Shown here piece after piece: positions 27,601-42,600 of a stretch of DNA of 64,000 bases. The position numbers and the translations under genes were made by a program. This DNA is from Phoronis australis (Eukaryota; Animalia; Phoronida): NCBI GenBank assembly GCA_002633005.1, contig NMRA01000082.1, positions 596,576-660,575 on the forward strand, given 5' to 3'. Each line of letters begins with the position of its first letter. Position 1 is the first letter of the stretch. Under the pieces are notes generated by a model, which made no database searches, had not been told where the DNA came from, and saw only the letters and a program-made list of their open reading frames with translations.

Positions 27601-30600
27601 AGTCGCCCCAGAAGCTGAGTTCAGTATAAATGAAATTTTGATGCATAAATGAAACCTTTGCATCTACGTTAGTGTGTTTGGTACGTTAATGAAACAAGCA
27701 TTGTTATCTGGTTTTAACAGAAGTGGTTTTGGGATTTACACTTCGACCACCGACGACCACTTCGCCACAGCCGAGTGGAAAAGCACTGGAATGGCTGCAA
27801 GCGGTGGTCAAGGCTAAAGCGTTTATCATCAAAAAGAAAGACGGGACAAATGCTTGTACAGGAACAGAGAGTACCGTCAACCCCATCAGTATGTGTGCTT
27901 CTCTCTTATTCATAATATGCTTACGTCATCACCTAAACGTGTGCTTTTCTTTTCACTGTAAAGGTTTTACGTTACTATGCATGTGTGTGCTTCTCTTTTC
28001 ACTCATCACGTGCTTCTTTTTCATCCATTGACGTCACGAAATTCCAACGGAAAGAACAAACACATATTTCCTCTGATACGATGGTATGGTCTATAATTCA
28101 AATTTAAGGATTTACATCGGGAATTAAAAGCAGAGAAGTGGTCCCGAATGATCCGGTACACTGTGTACAAAGACCTGCAAACTGTACATGAACTCTGCAG
28201 TCCACTTAGGCATAACATTACAGTCCCAAGAATGGTGTAAAGCAGATTTATTTATAAAATAAAGGAAAAAATCCTTTATTGGGTTTGTCTATTGGCAGGA
28301 TTTGGCCATGTTTGGACTAAATAGAACACAATAATGCTAGCAGAAAAAGTAAACTTTTGTAACTACATTATAGGCGTGGGAATGTTTTGATGATTCAAAC
28401 GCGTGTCCGGTTTACCCATGGGGTATACACAACGGGGTACTCAAATACAGCTTCACTCACATAACGAGAAGTTACCCGGAGTTTCCCAATTGTGCATCAG
28501 CCTGTTCTTTTCCAATGGTAATTCATAGGCCCGACGATAATATCTTTTGCATGACTGGAATGTAGACAAAATGCGCTATTTATAAGTAGAGCGACACCTT
28601 TTTGTCACTCTTGTACACCGTACTCCATATGTACGTCCGGGATAGTGGTGCCATTAATCACAGTTCACAATGAAGAACTGATCATAGTTAGTGTTCATGT
28701 TCAATGCGTCCCAGTGCCAAATGTTTACTATTTTCTGGAACCGAACCAAAGCATTTTGTACGTTAAGACCTCAACTCTATATCACAATGCTTAGATTATT
28801 GACAACTTAAACGTTCGTTTTTGAAATACTATCAAACCCCTGAAATACGAGGATGTAGTTGTCAAAATTCTTGGTAATGTCTTCTTGATATCCTGAATGT
28901 TCAAACCACATATGTACATGTGTAATTATTCCCTTGTGCAACCTGTGAAGAGTGCCCGGATGGATTCTGGGGAGAAAATTGTAAAAATCCATGCAACTGC
29001 GAAAACGATGCGCCATGTGAAAACACCATAACGGGTGATTGTGCGGGAGGCAACTGCAAGAAGCGATTCAAGGGTCCCGGATGTGCTACTAGTGAGTAAA
29101 TTGTGTTCTTTTACTTAAAGTGCTTAAACGACATGGATTCCTACTGTAGCTTGCGAGTAATGAAATGATTGGATGAGTCAGGGAGCATTGCCAACGATCT
29201 CCACTAGCTAGACAATCTTTGCCACGTGGAATAATCGTGTACTCGACTAATGGACTGCGGTTGATTTAGTATCTAGCAAGTTGTGTTTCAAAGAGCAGTT
29301 TGGTGTCATGGGCTCAAGTATTCAGTAGTGCTTTTCGGGACTGATAGTCAGCTTCATGCTGAAATGTCAACTTCTGGGTGGGATACACGATTGAATCTGG
29401 TAATAATACTGTAATTGTTTTGTCACTCCTTGGCCCACAGTTTCATCAATCTGTGATGGGTGTTTGAGAGAAAAAAAACTTATATTTTACCATTTGGAAC
29501 CATGGGAAATTTTCTTTCTGAGTTATTTCGCCACTAAATGGTATTCTGTCGTTCGTTGTTGGCCTGCAACCGCCCGGCCGTAATGGAAGTCGCGGAGACT
29601 ACCGGTATCTTAGTTTCCATTTAAGTTTGTTTCCGATATTTTCACAACTTTAATAGTCAGGATATTCTAACTGCATACATGTAGCAATTGTATTCAATTA
29701 TTTTGATATTGCATCTTCGTCATTATGTTTAAACCGTTTGTTAACCAGATATAGTCGCCATAGCCGCCCTTGTTATTAAATCGTTGGCACAGGACTGTGG
29801 CTAGTCCGTAATTTTATGCAAGTGAAACTATCTTTGTATGCATACGGAATTCATGATTTGAAACATTTATTCCGGTAAAACAGCCGTCGACAGCATGTCT
29901 TCGCCGTTCGCAAGTACTGGTCGCGTTTCGCACCCGGTGTCTACGGTGGGACTTGAGCCCCGGTTGCACGAGCGACGGTCAAGCATCTAAACCATTCGGC
30001 CAAGGGGCGATTGCATCTGGGCAAGTGACTTAGATAGGCTTTATGTGACTGTACGTGACGTCACAACCGGAACTCACACAACACAACTCCCCCTTCCTTG
30101 AAATAGGCGCGTTCCTTGGCTTTTAGATCTCAGCAACACCCTAGCCTCCTGGAATTTGACCTCAGCAACTCTTTGTGTTGTGAATCCACCACTCTCCGCT
30201 TCACTGCTTAGAGTTTATCGTAGATTTTTCCTTAGTTGGTCGTCAATGGAGAAAATTTCCGTGTCTCCGGTGGGACTTGAACCCAGGTTGCAGCAGCGAC
30301 GGTCAAGCATCTAAACCATTCTGCCAAGAGGCAATTGCCGCTTGGCAAGTGACTTAGAGAGTCTTTATCTGACTGTACGTGTCGTCACAAACGGAACTCA
30401 CATTTCACAACACAGGTCCGAGTCCGGTAAAATAATGTCTGTCAAAATGCATTTGCTACACTTTGTCAACTATTTGAATACAAAATCTCACTATTTTGAT
30501 TTTATTAATATTGAGGTCCACGATCGATTATTTTATCCACGTTTGTAGGCTGGTAACACACACTGCTCCAGCCTGCGCTCTTGAGCCTGGGTTCCTGAAT

Positions 30601-33600
30601 AAATTATGTTTCCGGTTTTGCCGTTAGTTCCAACCGGCACGGTGTTTTTGGGCTGGAATCATGAGTTACGCGTTTATTTAAACTTTCTTCGACTTCGAAT
30701 TGTGTAATGGTTATGGGATAGGAATTACTTGGTTCCTTATAACTTCTTCTTACGTACCATTTATGAGAATTGAAAACGTGTGCTACTGCGACTTTAACGC
30801 AACGCATGGTGGGTTCCCATTGCAGAGATTACGTGCAAGAAGAAGCTTGTATACGGACCAGATTGTGATAAGCCATGCAAATGTTTTAACAATGCACAGT
30901 GCGACGACTACAGTGGTGCATGTGAGAAATGTCCTCCTGGGCAAACCGGAAACGACTGCTCTATAAGTAAGTATATGAAGGGGCGCGACATACCAAAGAA
31001 CGTATTTTGTATTAAGAAATAACATGGCAAACGCAAATGTATCCATAATATAATACAAAGTCCAGCGTTTTGGTTCAGTCTTTCATGATCAATCAAGCAA
31101 ACCAAGTTTTCATATACCATTCGGTAATATGACGGACATGTGCAAGAAACCCGAATGCAACAGTTATATGTACTAGCGATCATAGCGGCGAAATAATGAA
31201 AGTTCCCCATTAATTATGAATTTAGCTGATTTTGATATCACGTTTTGTGCACCTCAGTGATATCTAAATATGACGCCAACTTACTGTTTGATTGCAGAAA
31301 CTACATGCAAGGAAACGTATGACTTCTATCCAAAATCGAACAAATATCCGTTCAATACATTTTACTGCGTTGATGGTAAGTAGAATCTGCCCGTTGGCGG
31401 GAGTTGTCTTCCTTTAGTCAGGTCGATTTACGTGCAAGTGTGCGGTTGTGAAGGCTTATAGCAATTAGGCAAAACAATGTACAGTTATACCGCTACTTAT
31501 TGACCACACGGCAATTATGAGTCGAGCCTGATGGTTGACAAATGTACAAATCCGTGAGATGTTGCACGGAATTCAGCAGAACTGAAAAGTTGCAGCTGTA
31601 CCTCAGTCAACATTCTTCCTTGAAAACACCGACTTTACCATGTAATTAAACACCAAATACATGTAGTTTCATTCGTCAGTCCTTTCATACTACACGCGTG
31701 CAGTTATGGTGAATGTCTAGAAACCGCGTCTCCGATACAAACACGTCATTTGTTACAAAAACTAGACAAAAATGCGCTGGCTCAAATTTTTGCAAATGTC
31801 TTACGTCATATGCGATCATCAATTGATGTGCATTTGATGCATTTGACATCAGCAACACATTTTGAACATATTGCATTTACTCTGTAATATATTCTAAATA
31901 TTACAATTAAATTTATGAAAACGACATATCTAATTTTTCAAACTGTTGTGAAACCCTTTTTGCGAATCTCTCAGTGCAGAGTGTATGACCGGCTGAATCG
32001 CTATTACGTTATTTTTAGCTGTTACTAGTTGTCTTGGCAGTTCTGAACACGGTTACTAGAACTAAAAACGAATGAAAACAGTTTACTAGGACCGGTTGAC
32101 GTTAGCGCTTCCGGTTCGAAGAAATATTTGACTGAAATGGTTCAAGAGTAACATTCCAGTTTAAATTTTACAGTTCCAACGCTGGAGGTCTCCTTTAGGC
32201 TGAGAGATAAAGTCAGTAACAACGTGGCCTTCAATAGGAACGTTCTCCGCGCACTGGAGGGAACTCTGATCGTGGTTCAGTCGCGGATCATTTCATTGGC
32301 CGTTGTTCCAGGTTATATTTTTAACGTACATGTAACTTTTAAAGTAGTGAGAGGTACTAAATTTCGTCTGCTCTGTCTAAGTCCATATACATGTATAACC
32401 AGATTCATGCACGCACCTAGTCTAAAATGGGGGACGCGAATTTTTGAGAACGTGGACCTTTTGCTAAGATTCACGGGGTACGTCTAAAGCTATGGATTGA
32501 GAATTCGCCGACTTTTGGTAGTTCCTGCCATTTTAGTTGACTTTTGTCTTGTTTTCTACTTTTGTGTTAGATTTTGTTTTTCTGAGCCGAACCTTTTTGT
32601 CCACTTCGCCAAATGGGGAGGGATCGGGAGCCCCTCGGGAGCTCGCATGAGATAACTATTTGTTCTCAGTTTGTGCGCATGCGAGATTTAGCCGAAACGT
32701 CTCACCTTCTCTTTCCTTGACGGGAATGCAGACTTAAAACCTGTTTCGCACGTATCTGCTGCTAATTGTTTATACGCAGTTGATGTTGTGTTCGAGAACA
32801 GGCGAGTGGTCGTCCTCCTTGGTCATTTCATTTGGATTATATCTTGCTTGCTTGAAAGTGAAAACGCAGCTCTCCATTATAGAGGGAGACGTGCAACGTG
32901 TGCACCTGTATATAAGACCGCCTGCAACAAGTTCAGAAAGGCTAGGCTCCGAAGTTATCGCCACGCTGGATGATTTGGTGAAAGGAGGGAAACGTTTGTT
33001 TGAATATCCTGTCGGGAAGGCAATTACGGCCAAGCCGGAGCGCCTACATATAAGGCCAGTGCTCGAGGAGCCCGACACAGGTTAAAACCGTGTGTGCATG
33101 AACTATGTTTATTAGGAGATTAAAGGTTTACCTACTTTTTGTAATGAGGAAACAAACAGAAACGATATTCGTTTTCGTTAACACAACACAATAAGGGGAA
33201 CATGTAGTAGACATTGCAAGGTGGTATTTTCGTTGCGTTCTATGCCGCGCCAGACTATTCCTACCTGGTTGCCTAGTATTTCATTGTCATGTTAAAGTGA
33301 CCTATATGTTGGAATAAACTGGTGTATGCCTTCTCAGGAACAAAGCATGACCCCTATATTGCTAGATGTAAGCAAGTGTCTTATTTGGGATTTATTTCCA
33401 ATAATGGGGTGCACCAGATTTTTGAACATGCTTTGAGTCTAGTTATCACTACCAGAGCCAAGGTGTTGGTTCATTTTGTCTGGCTCAACTACTGGATGTG
33501 AGTGAAGATGAAAACTGTTGCTGTTTTTAAAAATCAAGACGCAAATGATTGCGAATTCAACTAATCTTGAAAAAGAAATACGCACTCTTTGGAAACATGT

Positions 33601-36600
33601 ATCCCAACGCCCCTATATAAAATTATATGATTCCATTTTACATTTAATACCAAAACTAATGCCAGGTAAAGAGAGTAGTGAGTGCTTGCTTGGTATACCA
33701 ATTCGAAGGCTTCATACTTGTGACGAGTTACCAAGTTTTTTATCTAAACTTATGGTTCGACTGCTATCATTGCACCAATCTTTGTCACGTGAGACAATTA
33801 CTTTCAGATTGTCAAAGTCATAAATGAATTCTAAAGGCTTTGCACGTTTATTGAGCTGAAAGAATCTGTAATTTTGTCGATGTAAGCGGAGCAGACTTGC
33901 CGATAAAGTTCTATATACATGTAACCTTAAGCGTGAATAATCTGTAAGTATTTTGTATTTGCACCTACAGTGTAAGGCAGATTAAGAATTACACTTTGTC
34001 GTTCTGTTAAATAACAATCGAATGTCTGCGTATCGTGGTTTTAACATATCATTAACATTGATGTATCTGTGGTTTATCTTCTTGGCGCTGCAGTGGATAT
34101 GGTGAGAATACTCGCTGACATTGATAAGAGAGCTGTGGCGAAAGAGAAGCTTGTAGGTGTAGTACATCAATTCTTTCGTCACATCGACCCAACGTTTAGC
34201 CAAGACAGGTCAAGGTATAAGAGGGCGTTTGTTTCACCAAGTAAGTTAATACATATCAATCTTTAGAACATGAAGCCACGCCGACTCGTTAAGATGATAT
34301 TCAAATCTACCTATCACCATGGCACATAACAGTGTCATTATTGTTGACACGTCCTTTTTCAATTGGCATTATCTGTGATGTCGCTTTCATTATCATCGAT
34401 GGCGTTGTGGTCCTTGCTGTCGTCCTTGTTATCCTTTCGGAGGTCCTGGCCATCGTCGTCATCCAATTTCTTTCGCCGCCGTCATTGTCCATTTCGCTTG
34501 CCCATTGTATTTTGCCATTGCGCATGTACAGTAGCTCCTCGGACTGTGTTCATTTTCTGGCGAATCGTTGCAACTCGGTCGAAATTCTGAATTATTTTTG
34601 CTTCTTTTCAAGCTACAGGTTGAGTTTTCTGTCTTTCATGACACGTGGTATTCTTCACAAGTCCGCTCTTGTTGTGTTTAGTGGAAATCTGACCGCCATT
34701 GTTTTAGGTTTCGATTCGCGGTACTTCACGATCCTTTGAAAAATCGTTTTTTTGCTCTGTACACTTTCATGAGACTTTGACGGGACCATCTTGAATTATG
34801 TTCTGTGCTTGTCCACACAATTTTGTTGTGTCTTCGTTTCATTTCACAGGGACGCGAGGGTGCTTTGGGTATTGCGGGGCGCTCGGGCGTCTTGGAACGT
34901 GGCCTTGATCCAAATGTCCTACTTCATGGTTTTCGAATGTTAGCAATTATGATAAAACTCGCGAATGGCTATGTAACATGAATTAACCACTTCTTGCTAC
35001 GGCTTATCAAACCTTACAAGTTTCGATCACAACTTTTGCTTTGAATTTTTTTCCGAACCGACGGCAAGTACGCCAGCTACGACAATAGCGACAACTTCAG
35101 GTAACACTGCCACCTGACGGCGACATTCATTACGAACGATCAGCTAGTTGATGGTTGATTTTGCATAATTCTCTACCTCTAATATTCTGTGAAATCACTT
35201 TTAAACGGCAAAGATTCGTTTCCTCTAATGTGGGTGCAATCAAGGATACGACACCTAAACCAGAACGTCACTACATACATGAATCAATACTTGTCGAGTT
35301 TCGTATTGCCAAGAGAAAATATCTTGATGCCTTCAATGCACACGCTCCTACTAGGTGTTGTCAAATAAGTTTCCTTTTCGCGAACAGAGGGCAAGCTAAT
35401 CGTTGAGCTGTACAAGCCAATAGCAAGTGCCACGACATTCAGCAGCACCATTATAAAGCGACTTCAACTGGAATTCCGCAAAGACAAAGGACTCGATGAT
35501 GGAAACGGAAATAATGTATTAACCATAAAAGGTGGAACTGTAACGTACGACCTGGGACCGAAGACGGTCCCGCCAGGGGTTGTTGGAAGTAAGTTTGTTT
35601 GATGGTTCCAACCGTAGTCTCGTTAGTGCTCTAGAACCTTTCATTGGGAATATCTTTTCCAGTGTTTTATCTACGACAGATCAAGATGTGCTTATCAGCA
35701 AATATGATGCATACATGTAGTTTTCTGGAGACAGTGTGGTGGATTCGATTAGTCTTACATGTAGCTCCGCCTTAATGCAATCTCTTAAGACCAAAATTAA
35801 AACTGATACGAAGGCTTACGATTGTTATTTGGTCTAAACGACCAGAAGTCACGACTGCCGTCATTGTAACCTGTTGACGAACAAGCTTCGTTGATACCTC
35901 TATGGGATTCTTTGCAATCTAATGTCAAATTGAAGATCGTCTGCTGTGGATTCGAGAATCTTCAAAGCACCCCAAAGTCAATGCAGTGCGACACTCGGGT
36001 ACTTGAACACTGAAGTGATTTTCCAGCCATATCAGGATCTTCATAGGTAACCAAGATTTCAATCAAAATACTCAATATTCCAACTGTTGTAAACAGGGTT
36101 CCCCATTAGAGTTTCAAGACCATGATTTTTATTCAAGACCATGGTGGTTATGATTACGCAACGGGTTGCAGAAGCGCAATATGCATGTTCTCCTACGACA
36201 AAATAGTCTTAATTTTGGTTTAAGTTAAAAAATCGACTCTGTATCCATGAAATGGCGATTTTCAATTTTTCTTCATCGTTTTTAAAGTTTATCTGAGCTC
36301 AAACATTGATTTAAACTTGGACTAAATTCTGGCCTAAAGTCATTTTCCACGAAACGGGCCCCAGAAAATATATACTTGTGCTAAGTTGAATTCTTTAGTT
36401 TTGTAGATACTTGCATATCTTTTCGGAACTGACGATAACGTCCTACAATACCTTAAGCCTTATTGTTTATTTGGATATGTTTCCGTTTCACCATTTTCGT
36501 AGAATGAGACGCCTTTAGAACACAGTGTATCGGTGAATTTACTGTGGTTACATTTGATGTTTTCGTTCCGTAGAACAGAGAATATCACGAGGAAACTAGT

Positions 36601-39600
36601 ATTTTCACAATGTTGTCTAGAAGACTTGCACGATCATGCGTTTTCAAGAGTTTTCAACTCCACAACAAACTGCCCAGGAGCTCGTTTCTCGTACAGTCAA
36701 ACGTTGATTATTGTTGTTTGCTTGGCTTCTAAATAGTTTTCTCTCAATCAGGCTACAAATTTCTGTTGACTTTCAGCCTAAAGCGATTTTGTGAAACAAG
36801 CTAAGCCAACCGTTTGCTGATTTTTGACATTAGTCAAACGACTATTGACTTTTGGAGAAACTATCCCAAGACGTGAGGACGTTTAGTTGTGTTGGTCTTA
36901 ATTCACTAATCCAAAGATAATTATTTCTACGCTTCCCTCGTCGTTCTTGTAGTGCCCAGTCACACTTAACGTTCTACACTAATTTGGTTCTAAAACTGAT
37001 GTGATTTGAAGTTACTAGTCCATTGTTTGCTGTTTTATTCATTCATTGCTTCTTTTCTGTAGCCCCTAAAGTCACATTGTCGTTTTACGTTAAGTGCCAA
37101 ATGCCGATTTCCACTCAGTCTGACGTTTTCAAGTATATTGCCAAAACCGTGCGGGACGAACTTGGTGTGTCCAAAGAAAGAATTACTGAGATGAAGTCAA
37201 CTGTACAAGGAGATTGTAAGTCATTTTCAGTGCACAAGTTAATGTGTCAAAACAACCGATCTAGCTTATTTATCTCCGTTAAGGTACCCTTGTCAGATGA
37301 CATTTCGCTCCGAACACGTTCAATATTACACCACTTTGACGATATATAATTCTGATGTTGCAACCAGAACAGTAGAACCAACAAAACAATTGCAGGTTGT
37401 TTGATATGTGTTGTACCAGAGGTGCGAGGGTACTTTATTATGACCACTGCAGTGATCACTTACCTGGAATTTATTTTATGCTTGATTGATGCATTTTTAA
37501 AGGTGAAGGCAACCTTTTTTCATGTCATGTTTAGCAAAAATAAGGTTCGTTGATTATCCCAGACATATTTTTCACTTATTTAATGCTTTTCGTAATTTAA
37601 GTAATTACTCATCGTCTACTCCGGAAGTGACGTTTTTGGAGGCAAGAATTTCGCGCCAATTTCTTTTCATATAGTCTGAATGTGAGAGCAGTCGAGTCAG
37701 TCATTGTTTTATCTCGGTTGTGATATGTTCGGTCGTCATTTGCTTTTGCTTACGATTCAGTCAACATGACACGCTGTTGCTGCGTACTGGGGTGTACTCA
37801 TTATCGTTTCACGTACAGAGGAAGAACTGTCCCACTTGCCCGAGTGTCTCGCTACACACTCCCAGTGGAGGAAGATCTGACCACCCAAACTGCTTACATC
37901 CCGCCTTTCGACTCCCTCGTCACACACCTGGCACCTTCCAAATAGCTCCAATACAAGTCCACAATAAACTTATCAAACTTAGGCTCGCAGATCTGTTCAT
38001 TGGATAACGAACTGTCCTCTTCACTGGGTGTCGAACTGGGCCTGCATTCACTCCCACTACTCAACATCGCTGTAGGGCTGCTTACAGGCTCTGCCGGGGC
38101 TAGAGACAATAACACAGGGCAACTCACTGCTAGTTCCTGGAATTGCACGCAATGAGATACGTTCGGAGGCACGGGTGACAGTTGATGAAGTGCCTTCAGT
38201 CACTGTATATAGTGGCCACAGCTCGCGAGGCTTCTCGCTTCAAAAACGCACTTCTCGCGGTTGGCGACGGGGCACTGCCGGGAATCAACAGAGACGGTAT
38301 GGTACCCTTCTTCAGGCGTTGTTTCGCATGGATCTTCATCAATTCAGCGTACATATCTCTGTCACAATCTGACTGCAGAAAATGCTTGCCACACACTAGG
38401 TAATCCTCCACTGCTTTGTACGTTGCGTGGACGGGTAGCGCTGCGTTCTTCGCATGAACGAGCTAACCAAGTACGGCGAAGTGTGTCATCCTTCGGAAAG
38501 CGACGCAAGGTACCCAAAGCGCGTGTGAGACGATAATGAGTACATCCCGGCACGCAGCAACAGCGTGGCATGTTGACTGACTTTTTAACAAAAGCAAACG
38601 ACGACCGAACTTATCACAACCGAGGTAGAACAATGACAGACTCAACAGCTCTCACAGTCAGACTATAATGAAAAGAAATTGGCGCGAAACTCGTGCCTCC
38701 CAAAACGTCACTTCCGGAGTAGAGGACGGGAAATTAATCAAATTACGAAAAGCTGTAATTAAGTGAAAATGTGTCTGGGATAATCAACGAACCTTATTTT
38801 TGCTAAAAGTGACATGAAATAGGTTGCCCTCGCCTTTAAAAGCGAGCTGTAGAGCTGGGTCTTAAGCCCTACACCTTGTGTAAATGAAGCAGACAGTTAT
38901 CCGACTGGGACGCTGTGCCTCCTCAAAACAGCAACGTCTCTTTAGCCCAGTTTTCAACAGTCAACAATGTCCCTTAAACATTTCAGACTCCTTGATTACG
39001 TTTGTGCTGCTAAAGCCGACGAACTTATCTCCCAAGAAAACAAGTGACGCCCTTCGTGATTGGAATAAACAGCTCTACAATGGAATGGTTAAGGTGGTCG
39101 ATGATGACGGAAATACTGTGTGTACCGTCACTAAACAGGAACTTACCATTGACCCAACCACGACAATCGATCCTGCAATTATAGATAAACGTGAGTAGTG
39201 TCTCACACCATGAAACATGTCGATAAGATCCCTTATCAATGACGCTGATGTTTAATGATATCCATAGAAGTTGTGGACACGAACAAATGTTAGTCGGGCA
39301 GTTACCTTGATAACTGATATTTAAAGTGTAAGATGAAATGTGATATTAAGAAGGGGTGCTGTTAGAGGTATGTTAGGTATTCCCACTAGGGGGCAGTTTT
39401 GAGCTTGATCGAGGAGTTCTACTTGATCGCCGATAATGAGCAGACGTGTCATGAATTATCTGAACACTGGGACTAGACTTTCTTGTGTTTTGTTCATATA
39501 CTTTCAAAAATACTGAGCGTTATTTGTTTATGTGGTGAGCATTTGCTACGGTGCGGACAGCAGCGCCTTGAATATGGAACTTGACTGTATTATTTTGGTG

Positions 39601-42600
39601 GACTGGTAGAGTCAACGGAACGCGTGAGGACGCCTTAGTGATGAAGACTGGACATGCTGCAAGTTTCAAGTTTTGGTGCTGTCGTTCGACCCTGTCTTCG
39701 TACCAAGTTTCACGTAACTTGTTATTATGTTTGTAAACATGTAAATAGATGTTAATTTTGATCAGGATAACTGAAAAGTGATTGTTTTCGTTTATATTAC
39801 CGTAACACGTGCATTAAAACCTACGTTTCGTTTCACGTCTAGTTCAAAAGATCGACGCTACCTTCATGTTGAAATGCACGATTTCTGAGACAGACAAATT
39901 GGAAAAATATGTCAAAGACTCACTAGCCCGTGTTCTTGCCGTTGCTAAATCGAGGCTAGAAAAGATCGAGATATTGAAAAAAGCTGACGGTATGTCTGAA
40001 TCTCACTTAGTGCTCTTTTCCACCATTTCATAGTAACGAGCTATTCACTGCGTCTTAACTTGCTGTTGCGTTGTTTTTAATTAATTTGGCTGACTGGTTC
40101 TGTATCTAAAATACTTAGTAAAATCACAATACATTTTATGTGACATTTTTATTATCAACACTAAATATACATGTAAAATAAAACTGAATGCGATTGGGTA
40201 CTTTTTTATCTTCGTACAGTATACCAAATCTCGGTGGTAATTTTACCACCCACGTCGTGGTCCAAAAAGAAATCGAGTGAAGTTTTGAAAACCTTGAGGA
40301 AAATGTTATTCAAGGCAGAACTGAAAATAAGCAACGGGGACGTCAAAATTTGCACCACAGATCCGACAACGACGACAGTAATCGTTTCTCCCGTTGGTCC
40401 AGACCCGCCCAATGTAAAGGCAGGTTAGTTGTGCGAGTGTACGTTTCATAACGACGCAGGCATACAAAATTGTAGGAATAAAGCTAATTAACATGAGGCT
40501 AAATGACATCGTGGAACTCGGACTTTTGCTATTCAAGGAGGCCGCTACTACAAAAACATAATTTATTAACATCTCCATTTCATTCAGTGTCAGACATACA
40601 TGTAGGTCAGCATGTGCTGCGAAATCGTTCCATGAATGAAAATTCTCAAAAAGATTGCATTCAAATCATCTCTGAAGTAACGTACTGTCTTCATTACTGC
40701 AGCAGCTTAAATACTCAGTGCTCTTGAGTAAAGGGTAATTTGTCACCAATACGACACGACTTGCAAAAGCACGCTATTCCAAACTTACCTAGTAGGCCTA
40801 CATCAAGTTGTTGAAATAGTTGCGTGGTTGGGCATCGCCCGCCGTCCTATCATGCCTGCCCTTTCCAGGCGGATTTTGCACGACGTAGGGTGGGTTCTCA
40901 AATTCTGCCCATCAAACACAGTTCTAAGTTATAACAGGATCTGACTAATCCTGCTCTTCTGAAAAGGAATGGCTGATCACAATTCGCCAACGTGCTGGAC
41001 AGTTACGTCATTTCCCATGTTTGTTGCCAACAAATGGGATAAATGAGGAGCTTTCGACCAATAACACTAGAGCCTCTAACTCTTCCCGCAGCTGATGTGA
41101 TGAGGTGAAAAAAGGTGTCCTTCATCAGCGTTAGATGAATTTTCGTTTTTTTTTTGTAAATAGGTCACCCAAAAACAATACGGCAACACCGGCTCTACTT
41201 TCAAAAATAAAACGAACCAGAGTCAATAGTGTTTTTTGGTTGGAAAAACACGTTCATGATGTCAGAAGTGACGATAACAAAGGCGTCGAAGTTTTCGTCT
41301 ACTTTCTCACAATACACTTAGAATTAAAGATGTGGCTCTACTTTAGGTGGTAATAACAACGTAGAGATTACCATGGACTGCGATTCCACGACATTCGACA
41401 GTAGAGAAAAACTCGCCACCGACACACTTGTAAAAGTTTTGCAAGTGCAGAGGTACAGGATAGCAGACTTGAAGTTCCAGCAAGGTGGCGCCAGTAAGCC
41501 TGTGTACATTCCTCATAGTTGATTGGTTTGTTTGGGTTGTACCAATGTTTAAAACTGTGAGATACGTTTTTGAACTAAGAACAGACCGCAGCGGTTGCTG
41601 CTCCTTTCTAGTGGCAAATCTGTGATTTCAAATATAGACCTCTAGACCGTTAATACCCTGTTATCATACATGTATTTACCCCTGTAGCGACTATTTTACT
41701 AACTCACATGCCCATTATGTCAGTGATTATTATTCTTAATTGTAAACGTGTTTTACAAGTTAACTGTGGAAATCTCCAAAAATGTTACCGAGTTGATTTA
41801 GAAGTCTGACGCGCGCTGGGTGCAAGGGACACTAGTCTTCAAATCATCAAACTAGGTGGTTTCAGATATGGTTTTTAATGTATCCGTACGTCGACGATCT
41901 GTGCAGTTGGTTTCGCCATCTTACGTCACGCATATGTGCCTGACATCAACATCAATTCTCTTTTAAACAAAAAATTGACATTTTGTCCAACTCTTCTGAA
42001 ACTATATGTATGCAGGCTTCAAGGACGTATTCATATTCGCACCAAGTTTTGCCCGTATTTGAAACGCTGCTGAAACAAATTACCGGTTATACATGTAGTG
42101 TTTTTAAGAGAAATCTGACATGAAAGCGCTGAGATGGCTATCATTCAAATTCTTGCATCAAGGATCTATAGATGCTAGGTATTCTGAGACTTAATGTGTA
42201 AGAAGAGTGATCTTTTAGGAAGTACTAATTGGAGTAAATCACTTCGAGTACATGTGTAGTTAGGGTCCGATTAAAGTGTGGTTTTTACGGACTCGGTAAT
42301 CTGCGCCACCACGCAAAAGGAAAATCTGTTTTGTTCGAAATAGCCGAAGCGAAGATAAGCACAACATTTAAGTGAACTTTATCTACTAAATAGAATCTTC
42401 GAGACCTACACTTTACTGAAGCAGGCACCTAAACAGTCGTCTTCTGTGTCTTTTGATAGAAGTCTTCTTGAAATTTACACTTCGTCCACCGACAACTACT
42501 TCGCCACAGCCGAGTGGGAAAGCATTGAAATGGTTGCAAGAGGTGGTTAAGGCCAAAGCGTTCATCATCAAGAAGAAAGACGGGACAAATGCTTGTACAG

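Noticed and set aside
29937-30414. Two tRNA genes
   Set aside because: A and B boxes are present but there is no convincing cloverleaf; better explained as LTRs of a mini retroelement.
34307-34739. Hydrophobic, TM-like ORF
   Set aside because: Product of ATC/GTC low-complexity intron sequence; absent from the paralogous introns.
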